A DNA stretch of 17,949 bases from Archangiaceae bacterium (GTDB taxonomy: Bacteria > Myxococcota > Myxococcia > Myxococcales > Myxococcaceae), in assembly GCA_043750125.1 (NCBI GenBank), contig JAYVCD010000319.1, forward strand, positions 1 to 17,949. The letters are read 5' to 3'. Shown here piece after piece: positions 8,191 to 16,463 of the stretch (its first letter is position 1; every line of letters begins with the position of its first letter). The notes under the pieces are model-generated. The model searched no databases and was not told the DNA's origin. It saw only the letters and a list, made by a program, of their open reading frames with translations. The translations under genes and the position numbers were made by a program.

Positions 8191-9240
8191 TCAGGCGTTC
8201 GAGGCCTGCTCAGCTTCGAGCTTGCCGGTGATGCCGCGGAAGCTGCGTTGCGACAGGGTCATCAGCGCCAAGCCGAATAGGACCTGCTGCGAAATCTGGG
8301 TGACCCACAGCAGGTTGGCGAACGCGATCCCGCTCGAGTTCACTACCTCGTGGGGGAGGAAAACGGAGATCCCCAGCACGATGAACGCCTGGAAGGTGCC
8401 CGCGCTTCCGGGAGCTGCGGGGATCATCAGGCCGATGATCAGCACGCCCAGGACGACGAACGACTGGAAGGTCGTTAGGGACATCGGGACGCAGCCCAGG
8501 ACGGTGCTGTCGCAGTTGAAGGCCCGGGACAACAATGAAATCCCGACCCCGTTGAGGCCCCAATACAGCGCCGTCCAGAAGAAGAAGGCGAACAGGTTCT
8601 TCGCGTCGGGAAGCTGCTTCATCGCCCCGACGAAACCGTCGACGACGTGCGCGACCTTCTCGCCGAGCTTCGGAGAAATGCGCCCGGCGGTGGCTGCGAT
8701 CAGCCGCACCGCGCGATCGTGCTGCCAGCGGGCGAAGAGCAAGAAGACCAGGCCCCCTCCGAAGACGGCGAACATCAGGTTCGCGCCGACCAGGATCCGG
8801 TCGATCTGCCCGTGATCGTTCGAGACGAAGAACAGCAGCACCCGCAGCACCACGGCGACGATCATCCCGTCGACGATTCGCTCGAAGACCACCGAGGCCA
8901 TCGCGGCGCTGCGTCGAATGCTGCTGCGTTCGGCGATCAAGAAGGGCCGGGCGAATTCTCCCATTCGAAAAGGCAGAACGATCAGCATCATGAAGCCGAT
9001 TCCGGAGGCTTCGTTCAGCGGGCGAAAGCGGACCTTCTCGATGCCCGACAGCAGGTGGCCCCAGCGCAGGGTCCGGGCCAGATGTACCCCGGTGAGGATC
9101 ACGAGGTACGGGACCAACATCCAATAGTTGGCCGACTTGACCGAAGCCCACATCTCGTCCCAACGGGTGTCCTTGAAGGTCCACCAGAAGCAGCCGAGGG
9201 TGATGGCCAGGCTTATCGAGAACTTGAGGAACTTCTTCAC
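8191..9240 (-). CDS. Lysylphosphatidylglycerol synthase TM / flippase-like membrane protein (UPF0104/AglD2 type), ~349 aa
   Basis: Multi-TM protein with RTLRWGHLL, LPFRMGEFARP, SVVFERIVD and IPAAPGSAGTFQ motifs. GTG at 9240 (VKKFLKF) chosen because the longer ORF overlaps the upstream gene. Confidence 0.88.
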   Translation of the reverse strand: MKKFLKFSISLAITLGCFWWTFKDTRWDEMWASVKSANYWMLVPYLVILTGVHLARTLRWGHLLSGIEKVRFRPLNEASGIGFMMLIVLPFRMGEFARPFLIAERSSIRRSAAMASVVFERIVDGMIVAVVLRVLLFFVSNDHGQIDRILVGANLMFAVFGGGLVFLLFARWQHDRAVRLIAATAGRISPKLGEKVAHVVDGFVGAMKQLPDAKNLFAFFFWTALYWGLNGVGISLLSRAFNCDSTVLGCVPMSLTTFQSFVVLGVLIIGLMIPAAPGSAGTFQAFIVLGISVFLPHEVVNSSGIAFANLLWVTQISQQVLFGLALMTLSQRSFRGITGKLEAEQASNA

Positions 9241-9256
9241 GGGCGAAGGGCCTATA

Positions 9257-9973
9257 TCAAAGCAACGGTTCGCCGCGCAGCAACGCAGCAGGATTGTCGT
9301 CGAACAGCTTTTTGACTCTCGAAGCCCCCCACCCTTTTGCGAGGGCGGCAATGGCAGCTGCGACCCAATCTTCGGCGCCCACGGGCGAATGGAGATCGGT
9401 CGCGGCGATGGCGTACAGGTCGTCATCGAGGAAGGTCTTGGCGAGTTTCTGGGCGACCCGGCCATAGCGACCGGTGATCGCCCCGATGTCGAGCTGGAGC
9501 AGCGCGCCGGCATGCACCGCGGCCTGGGCGCTGCCCTTCTTCTCGAACTCGAGACAGCGCTCGGGGTGGGCGATCAGCGCAGTGACTCCTTTGACCTTCA
9601 TCCGAAAAATGATCTCGGTGAGCATCGGAAGCGCAGAGGTGTAGGGCGCCTCGACCAACAACGTATTGTTTCCAAGCTTGCGAGCGGTGGGCAGCCCGGA
9701 CATCAGCGTCTCGTCGAGGAAGAAGTGCTCGGCGTTGACGAACAACTCGAGGGGGATCGCGTGGAGCGCGAGCGCGGCCTTCAATTCGGTCAGCCGCTGC
9801 AGCGCCACTTCGGCGGTCGCGTACTCGGGCCGGTGATGGGGACTGGGAGCGGCGCGAACGAAGCCGAGGGCGACCAGGGCTTTGGCCATCGCCAACGAGT
9901 CTTCCATCGTGCGACAGCCGTCGTCGACCGCGGGAATGAGGTGAAGATGGAGATCGGTGAAGGCGCGCGTCAC
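9257..9973 (-). CDS. PHP-family protein-tyrosine phosphatase (CpsB/CapC/YwqE type), ~238 aa
   Basis: Metal-binding motifs DLHLHLIPAVDDG, SPHH, IAHPER and ATDLHS; C-terminal DNPAALLRG. Start taken as GTG at 9973. Confidence 0.9.
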   Translation of the reverse strand: MTRAFTDLHLHLIPAVDDGCRTMEDSLAMAKALVALGFVRAAPSPHHRPEYATAEVALQRLTELKAALALHAIPLELFVNAEHFFLDETLMSGLPTARKLGNNTLLVEAPYTSALPMLTEIIFRMKVKGVTALIAHPERCLEFEKKGSAQAAVHAGALLQLDIGAITGRYGRVAQKLAKTFLDDDLYAIAATDLHSPVGAEDWVAAAIAALAKGWGASRVKKLFDDNPAALLRGEPLL

Positions 9974-10002
9974 AGGGCTATATGCCGATAGGAAACGCGT
10001 GC

Positions 10003-10031
10003 TTGTCAACGCTGCTGCGAACCCCTAAGAC
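10003..10031 (+). promoter_or_regulatory. Putative sigma70-type promoter of the BMC operon
   Basis: TTGTCA (10003-10008), 17-bp spacer, TAAGAC (10026-10031), followed by a GGAGGA RBS before TTG 10059. Confidence 0.45.
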
Positions 10032-10058
10032 CTGCGTCCCTCTGGAGGAAGTACCACA

Positions 10059-10697
10059 TTGGCAACGTCGCTTCGGACGTACGTCTTTCTCGATTCGCTT
10101 CAGCCTCAACTTGCCGCGCACATCTGCACGACTTGCCGCGGCTACTACCCTGTCCCCTACGTCGCATCGCTGTTCGTTGAAATCGCGCCTGGAATGGCGA
10201 TTCACGGGCTGATCGACGTAGCGCTCAAGCAGACGAAGGTGCAGCCGGCGACCCTGGTCGTCGAGCGCGCCTACGGAATGCTCGAAGTGCACAGCGAGGA
10301 CAAAGGGGAAGTGCGCAGCGCGGGCGATGAGATCTTGAAAGCGCTCGGCTGCACCGAGAACGATCGAATCAAGCCCAAGCTGGTCTCGAACACGATCATC
10401 CGGGCGATCGAGCCGATGCACGCGATGATCCTCGACCGGATTCGATTCGGGTCGATGATCGAGCCGGGCCAGTCGCTGTTCATCCTCGAGTGCGAGCCTG
10501 CGGCCTACGCGGCGTTGGCGGCGAACGAGGCAGAAAAAGCGGCCGATGTTCGCCTGGTCGACGTGACTCCGTTTGGTGCCTACGGCCGGTTGTACATGTG
10601 CGGCAGCGAGTCCGAAGTCGACTCGGCGGCGGCAGCGGCGGTCGCAGCGCTCCAGGGAATTACGGGCAAAGAGCCGGCTGCGGGCAAGGAAAAGTAA
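10059..10697 (+). CDS. BMC-T shell protein, permuted double-stacking type (CcmP/CsoS1D-like)
   Basis: [19 protein letters not shown], pore-gating [16 protein letters not shown] and FGAYGRL; strong RBS with TTG start. Confidence 0.93.
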   Translation: MATSLRTYVFLDSLQPQLAAHICTTCRGYYPVPYVASLFVEIAPGMAIHGLIDVALKQTKVQPATLVVERAYGMLEVHSEDKGEVRSAGDEILKALGCTENDRIKPKLVSNTIIRAIEPMHAMILDRIRFGSMIEPGQSLFILECEPAAYAALAANEAEKAADVRLVDVTPFGAYGRLYMCGSESEVDSAAAAAVAALQGITGKEPAAGKEK

Positions 10698-10746
10698 TCT
10701 TCCAACTTCTTCAACGACACTTTCACAACAAGCACAGAGGTAACGG

Positions 10747-11055
10747 ATGGCTGACGCGCTGGGAATGATCGAGTGTAAGGGTTTCGTGGGCATGGTCGAA
10801 GCTGCGGACGCGATGGTGAAGGCGGCCAAGGTCGAGTTGATCGGCTACGAGAAAATCGGCGGTGGCTACGTGACCTGCATCGTGCGGGGCGATGTCGCGG
10901 CGGTGAAGGCGGCCGTCGAGGCAGGCGCGCGTGGAGCTGAGCGCGTGGGCGAGTTGGTCTCGACCCATGTCATTCCGCGTCCGCACAACAACATCGACCT
11001 GGCGCTGCCTTTGGGCCGGCTGTCGGTCGCGAAGACAGAAAGCGGTCAGAGCTAA
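10747..11055 (+). CDS. BMC-H hexameric shell protein (EutM/PduA/CcmK family)
   Basis: ALGMIE...[11 protein letters not shown]...KIGGG.V...[11 protein letters not shown]...HVIPRPH; GAGG RBS after an A/C-rich leader. Confidence 0.97.
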   Translation: MADALGMIECKGFVGMVEAADAMVKAAKVELIGYEKIGGGYVTCIVRGDVAAVKAAVEAGARGAERVGELVSTHVIPRPHNNIDLALPLGRLSVAKTESGQS

Positions 11056-11066
11056 GAGGCTGATCG

Positions 11067-11354
11067 ATGCTTCTGGGCAAAGTGGTGGGGACGGTGGTCG
11101 CCACCCGAAAAGAGCCGACGCTCGAGGGCAGCACGCTGCTGCTCGTGCGGGGGCTGGATCTGGACGCCAAACCGACGTCGACGTTGGTGGTCGCGGTCGA
11201 TGCGGTCGGAGCCGGCGTGGGCGAAGTGGTGCTCTACGCGTCGGGCTCGTCGGCCCGGCAGACCGAGCGGACCAAAGATCGCCCAGTGGACGCGACGATC
11301 ATGGCGATCGTCGATCAACTCGAAGTCGAAGGGACGCTCAAGTACGTCAAGTGA
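11067..11354 (+). CDS. BMC-P pentameric vertex protein (EutN/CcmL family)
   Basis: [35 protein letters not shown] and [11 protein letters not shown]. Confidence 0.96.
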   Translation: MLLGKVVGTVVATRKEPTLEGSTLLLVRGLDLDAKPTSTLVVAVDAVGAGVGEVVLYASGSSARQTERTKDRPVDATIMAIVDQLEVEGTLKYVK

Positions 11355-11563
11355 AGCCCCGCCCCACCACTCCCCCCGCGGGCTGCGTCGTCACTGTCCG
11401 CGCCAAGACCTACAACGCGCTGATGAATGCGACTGCGAAGACGGTCGAGGCGTTCAAGGTCGAGAACCACACTGAGCCGGTGCTGGTGGTCTACGGCGAC
11501 AACGCGGCGAGCGTGTTTTGTGAGCAGCCCGCCCCTCCTTTGAAGTCAGGGCTGCCGTCATGA
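11351..11563 (+). CDS. Hypothetical 70-aa protein inside the BMC operon
   Basis: GTG overlaps the BMC-P stop (GTGA) and its TGA overlaps the AldDH start (ATGA). Third codon positions are strongly G/C. It is the 3' part of track ORF 10931..11563. Confidence 0.75.
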   Translation: MKPRPTTPPAGCVVTVRAKTYNALMNATAKTVEAFKVENHTEPVLVVYGDNAASVFCEQPAPPLKSGLPS

Positions 11564-12990
11564 ACGAGACCCAGATCAACGCGATCGTCGAGCAGGTGGT
11601 GCGCCGCCTGTCGAGTGAGCTTGGCGCGCTTCCGTCGAACACCGCAGTGGCTGTTCCGCGCGGGGTTCCGGCCTTTCATCGCGGTCGCACCGGCGTCTTC
11701 GACGACATGGACTCGGCTGTCGCGGCGGCGCGAAAGGCGTTCGAAGCCTGGGGTCACACCGCGATTGAGACCCGGTTGAAGGTCGTCGAGGCGATGCGCG
11801 AGGCGACGCGACGGGCGGCGGCAGAGCTGGCGCAGATGGCGGTGACCGAGACGAAGCTCGGCAACGTCAAAGACAAGATCGTGAAGAACCTGTTGTGCGC
11901 GAACAAGACGCCGGGCCCGGACATTCTTCGGCCCACCGCGTTCTCGGGAGACTACGGGCTGGCGCTGATCGAGCGGGCACCGTTCGGAGTGATTGGCGCG
12001 ATCACGCCGACCACCAATCCGACTGAGACGATCATCAACAACAGCATCAGCATGATCTCGGGCGGCAACGCGGTCGTCTTCAACGTGCACCCCAGCGCGA
12101 AGGGGGTCTCGAACCATTTCGTGGTGTTGATCAACGAGGCGATCGTCGCGGCGGGCGGTCCTCCCAATCTGATCTGCAGCATGGCTGAGCCGACGATCGA
12201 GTCCGCCGGACTGTTGATGAAGCACAAGGGCGTTCGATTGCTGTGCGTGACGGGCGGCCCGGCGGTGGTGAAGGCGGCGATGACGTCGGGCAAGCGCGCG
12301 ATTGGAGCGGGGCCGGGCAACCCTCCGGCGGTGGTGGACGAGACGGCCGATCTGGCCCAGGCGGCCAGCGACATCGTCGACGGCGCTTCGCTGGACAACA
12401 ACATCGTCTGCATCGTGGAGAAAGAGATCTTCGCGGTCGCGTCGATCGCCGATGACCTCAAGGCGCAGATGGCGAAGGTCGGCGCTTTTGAAGTGATCGG
12501 TGCGGCGATCAACAAGCTCGAGAAGATGGTGGTCGACGACGGGCACCCGGCGAAAGACTGGGTGGGCCGGGACGCGACGAAGATTGCCGAGGCCGCGGGG
12601 ATTCGTGTTCCTTCCGGCACTCGGCTGTTGTTTGCCGAAGTGGACCCGACGCACGCCTTCATCCAGGCCGAGCTGTTGATGCCGGTGATTGGATTCTCGC
12701 GGCTGAAGACGGTGGAAGACTGCATTGCGGCGGCGGTTCAGGCCGAGCACGGCTTCGGGCACACCGCGACGATGCACTCGACGAACATCAACAACCTTCA
12801 CGAGATGGCGAAGGTGATCAACACCTCGATCTTCGTCAAGAACGGCCCCTCGTTCGCGGGGCTGGGGATGCGGGGCGAGGGCTACACCAGCTTCACCATC
12901 GCCTCGCCGACGGGAGAAGGCCTCACGACCGCGGTGAGCTTTACCCGCGAGCGCCGCTGCACGCTGAAGGACTCGTTCCGCATCGTCTAA
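11560..12990 (+). CDS. CoA-acylating aldehyde dehydrogenase (EutE/PduP family) with N-terminal encapsulation peptide
   Basis: PFGVIGAITPTTNP, VTGGPAVV, GAGPGNPP, catalytic NNIVCIVEKE, ELLMPV, HTATMHS and GEGYTSFTIASPTGEG; amphipathic helix [16 protein letters not shown] followed by a Pro/Ala linker. Confidence 0.95.
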   Translation: MNETQINAIVEQVVRRLSSELGALPSNTAVAVPRGVPAFHRGRTGVFDDMDSAVAAARKAFEAWGHTAIETRLKVVEAMREATRRAAAELAQMAVTETKLGNVKDKIVKNLLCANKTPGPDILRPTAFSGDYGLALIERAPFGVIGAITPTTNPTETIINNSISMISGGNAVVFNVHPSAKGVSNHFVVLINEAIVAAGGPPNLICSMAEPTIESAGLLMKHKGVRLLCVTGGPAVVKAAMTSGKRAIGAGPGNPPAVVDETADLAQAASDIVDGASLDNNIVCIVEKEIFAVASIADDLKAQMAKVGAFEVIGAAINKLEKMVVDDGHPAKDWVGRDATKIAEAAGIRVPSGTRLLFAEVDPTHAFIQAELLMPVIGFSRLKTVEDCIAAAVQAEHGFGHTATMHSTNINNLHEMAKVINTSIFVKNGPSFAGLGMRGEGYTSFTIASPTGEGLTTAVSFTRERRCTLKDSFRIV

Positions 12991-13548
12991 GTGGAGCTCC
13001 CCGGTCCAGCGCTCGGCCTCATCGAGCTCGAGTCGATCGCCCGCGGAATGGTGGTCGCCGACGCGTTGGTGAAGAAGGCGGCGGTCCGAATTTCATTCGC
13101 CGAAGCGGTGACTCCGGGAAAGTACCTGCTGATTTTTTCGGGGCCGCTGGGGGAAGTCGAAGAGTCGTTCAAGGCCGCGGAGCTTGCGGGCGGGGCGATG
13201 GTGATCGATCGCCTGTTGTTGGCGCAGCTGGCGGGTGGAGTGGCGCGGGCGCTGGATGGAAAGCCCGACCTGATGAGGCCGGGCGAGGCGGTGGGAATCG
13301 TCGAGACGCACACTGTCGCTGCGGCAATCAAGGCGGCGGACACGGCGGCCAAGCGGGCCAACATCCGGATCACCCGACTGCACCTGGCCAAAGGCATTGG
13401 CGGAAAGGGCTATTTCACGATCTCGGGATCCCAGGCCGACGTCGAAGCTGCGCTCGAAGGAGCCGGGGCGTCGATCGAACCGCACCTGCTGGTGACGACC
13501 GAGATCATCGAACGGCCGCACCGCGATCTTCAAGGTCCTGTGCTCTAG
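12991..13548 (+). CDS. BMC-T shell protein, single-layer PduT-like type
   Basis: Two BMC domains (ALGLIELESIARG...ADALVKKA...PGKY; VGIVET.TVAAAIKAADTAAK...GIGGKG...IIERPH); starts directly after the AldDH stop. Confidence 0.93.
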   Translation: MELPGPALGLIELESIARGMVVADALVKKAAVRISFAEAVTPGKYLLIFSGPLGEVEESFKAAELAGGAMVIDRLLLAQLAGGVARALDGKPDLMRPGEAVGIVETHTVAAAIKAADTAAKRANIRITRLHLAKGIGGKGYFTISGSQADVEAALEGAGASIEPHLLVTTEIIERPHRDLQGPVL

Positions 13549-13627
13549 GTTGCCGCGGTTGAGCTGCGGTTTTACGTTTTGAATTTGCCCTTACTTTTGA
13601 GCTGAGGCTCGGAGTGGCGGGGCGCAC

Positions 13628-13665
13628 GCGGACTGTCCACCCCCAGCGGACAGTCGGCATTTTCT
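13628..13665 (+). terminator. Possible intrinsic terminator (or palindromic binding site) downstream of the BMC operon
   Basis: Perfect 8-bp inverted repeat GACTGTCC (13631-13638) / GGACAGTC (13648-13655), extendable by two GC pairs and followed by ATTTTCT. Confidence 0.45.
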
Positions 13666-13722
13666 CCCTCGGGAGACTCGCGTGGTTCAAATGCTGCAGT
13701 GAGCCGGCGGATGAGGTTTCAC

Positions 13723-16455
13723 ATGCGTTCCTGCGTTCTGATGTTTGCCATTTGTTGGGTTGCCCTGGGCTGCGGAAACACATCCGTGGGCGTGGGGGCC
13801 GGTGGTGGGCGCGGTGGCAGTGGCGTCGGGGGTGGCAGTGGCGTCGGGGGTGGCAGCGGCGTCGGTGGTGGCAGTGGCGTCGGTGGTGGAGCCGGAACCC
13901 TGCGCTCGCACCCGAGCCAGCTCGAAGGCACGGGCTACTTCGCAGCGGTGGCCTGGTCGCCCGACGGGACCAAGGCCCTGCTGGGCGCGGACGTGGGCGG
14001 CATCTACATCTCGGACGGACTCTTCGGATCGCCCCTGGGACGCTTTCGCGGCTACTTCGCGGGACTGAACGACAACACCGGGTTCGACACCAAGCTCAAC
14101 CGCGGCAACGGCCTGCTCTGGCCCGACGACGACGTGCTGATCGCCGCGGTCGGCGCGAACACGGGCGGAGGGATCTTCTCCCGAGATGTGAGCGCGAGCA
14201 CGGTCGTGGGCCAATGGACGCTGCGCAGCTCGACCTTCTGGATTGACGCCGAAGGACCGCAAAACGCGGCCGCTTCGACCCGTGAAACCGGCCGCACGCT
14301 GGAGTACGCGCCGGGGACCGGCGTGCGATGGGCTGCAGTCCACCTCATGCCGGGCTCGACGGCAGACTATGGAATCGCCGTCTCGGCGAATCACGGACAG
14401 ACGTGGACCGAGCTGCTCGGCTCGACGACCGTCGCCGGCTGGAGCGCGACCCAGCGGGTGGTGTCGATGCGGTACCTGCCGGGCAATGACGTGCTGCTGA
14501 TCGCCTCTTCGGGCGAAAAGAGCGTCGCTTCGGCGAGCAGCTCGAATGTGCCTGCCTTCCAGAGCGGCTTCGCTGCCGGCGTCTGGCTGCTGAAGAGCGC
14601 CTCGACGGCCACTGCCGCGAATGTCGGCGCCAGGCTGGTTCGTCTCGACGACGCGGGCGGAGGCAACCCCGGTGGAGAGCCCTGGTTCGCGATGACCGCG
14701 GTCGAGCGGGGCACGGCGATCGAGGTCTACGCGGCGCTGTCCTCCAATAGTGCGCGTGCCAACTCGTTGGTGTGGCGCTCGACCTTCACCTTCAGCGCAG
14801 CCTTCGCGCCCTTGTCGCAGACGTGGGTCGACATCAGCCCGGCGAGCACGCTCGCGGCCACCGACGGCAAGTGGAACGATCTCGAGGCCTTTGTCTCGGG
14901 CGCCGCCACCCACCTGGTCGCAACCGCGTGGGCCGGCAGCAACTGCAAACCGGCGGCGGGCAGCTACTACGCCATGGGCGTCTCGGGCACGCGGACCTCG
15001 AAGAACATTCTCAATACCCAGATGCGGTTGTTGTCGGCGAACACCGCCACGGCCAGCGCGGCCTGGCAATCCCTGCTCGACGCAATCACTCTGGGGTGGG
15101 CCGCGGCTCCCGCGCCCGGCACTTCTTGAGGAGTCGCCGGTTCGGCCGCCGCGGGCACCCCGCTGCGCAACTTCGGCACCGGAGACGACTGGTTCCCCAG
15201 CATCAGCGGCGATGACGGCCTGGAGAACGCCCGCCCCGGCGCCAGCGCCTGGACGTCCGGCTCGATGCGGATCAGCCCCGACGGAACGAAGCTGATCGCC
15301 ACGGGCCGCGCGGGGGCGTACCTTTGCGACGCTCCCTTCGGCCCGCTGTCTGCAGTGCGCTGGTACGCGCTCAACTCTGGCCTGGGCAACACGTCCAACC
15401 ACCGGCTGGCGATGTACCGGGGACCCAACGCAGCGCACGCGGGCAAGTGGGCCTTCACGGACACCGATCGCACCGCATACGTCGGCCAGTTCGCTGCGCC
15501 CACCGCCACCACCCGGAACACTCTGTGCGTCGGACGACCGGCATCAGGCGTCACCGGCACGGGCGTGGGAGTCGCGCTCAACAGCAAGACGATGCGCCTG
15601 TTCGTGGGAAGCGCTGCCTCGGCTCCCCATGGAGGGGACTTTTCTGACAACGCCTGGGCGGGCCCGACTGCCGGCAACTTCGCCAACCTCCCGAACGGAA
15701 CGGGGGCGACGGGCTCGACCGCGCAGTTGCTCGCGTTCACCGATGCCGCCAACATTCAGCACGTCTACGCAGTGGCCGGAAACGCACTGGTCCACGGGTC
15801 TGGATCCGCTTTCACTTCGTGGACGACGGCCAAGACGCTCGCCGCCAGCTACGGGATCGATGACCACGTCACCCTGCGCTACGTGAAGAAAGGAGCCGCC
15901 GAGTACATCTTCCTCGCTCTGCCCGACGACGGCGTCTACCGCGCCACCGGGCCCAACTTCGACACCTTCACGCTGTGGTGGAACAAGTCGGTCAGCGGCT
16001 ACGACCGGCAGGCGTTTCCCTACCTGGCGTTCAGCAGCGAAGGAGTGGGTCGCCTCTTCGCCTCGTTCGGCCCCGACGGGGTGTGGCAGGTCGACCCGGG
16101 CGCGGCCGCAGGGTCCGGCACGGGTGCTCCGGCAGGTGCGGCGAAGCTCGCCTTCGGTCCCTTCACCGCCACCGGACGCTTCGCGCTCACCACCGAAGAG
16201 CTCACCGGAGACCTGGTCGCCGTTCGGATGAAGTGGACCCAGTCAGACCTGGCGGCAAAGCTCTACCGGGTGCCCACGCCGGTCAGCGGTCCGGGAACAA
16301 CCCAGGACCTCACCGATGCCGCGTTCGGAGATCTGGGGGTGATGGTGATGGACCTCGAAGCTTCCGACCCCTACGTCGGAGTGCTCTTCAACCATGCTGG
16401 AATCAACGGAGTCTGGCGAGGGCCCGGCTATCCCGGAGATACCCACGGCTTTTGA
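13723..16455 (+). pseudogene. Large lipoprotein, GH74/BNR-like double beta-propeller (~910 codons), interrupted by one in-frame TGA at 15127-15129
   Basis: Signal peptide with lipobox ALGC (Cys at 13771); Gly-rich linker; WSPDGTK/ISPDGTK blades; Asp-box SANHGQTW. Track ORFs 13699..15129 and 15265..16455 share a frame, and the sequence between them is open and coding-like. GAGG RBS precedes ATG 13723. Confidence 0.75.
13813..13884 (+). repeat. 18-bp tandem repeat x4 encoding (GGSGVG)4
   Basis: GGTGGCAG(T/C)GGCGTCGG(G/T) at 13813, 13831, 13849 and 13867. Confidence 0.95.
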
Positions 16456-16463
16456 TCTGCTCT

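Noticed and set aside
10931-11350. 5' extension of the 210-aa track ORF overlapping BMC-H and BMC-P
   Set aside because: Out-of-frame overlap with two clear shell genes. Only the part from GTG 11351 looks coding.
15127-15170. Selenocysteine recoding of the in-frame TGA
   Set aside because: Only short GC hairpins follow, without a convincing bacterial SECIS. The context is not a redox motif, and Trp fits this Trp-rich propeller better.
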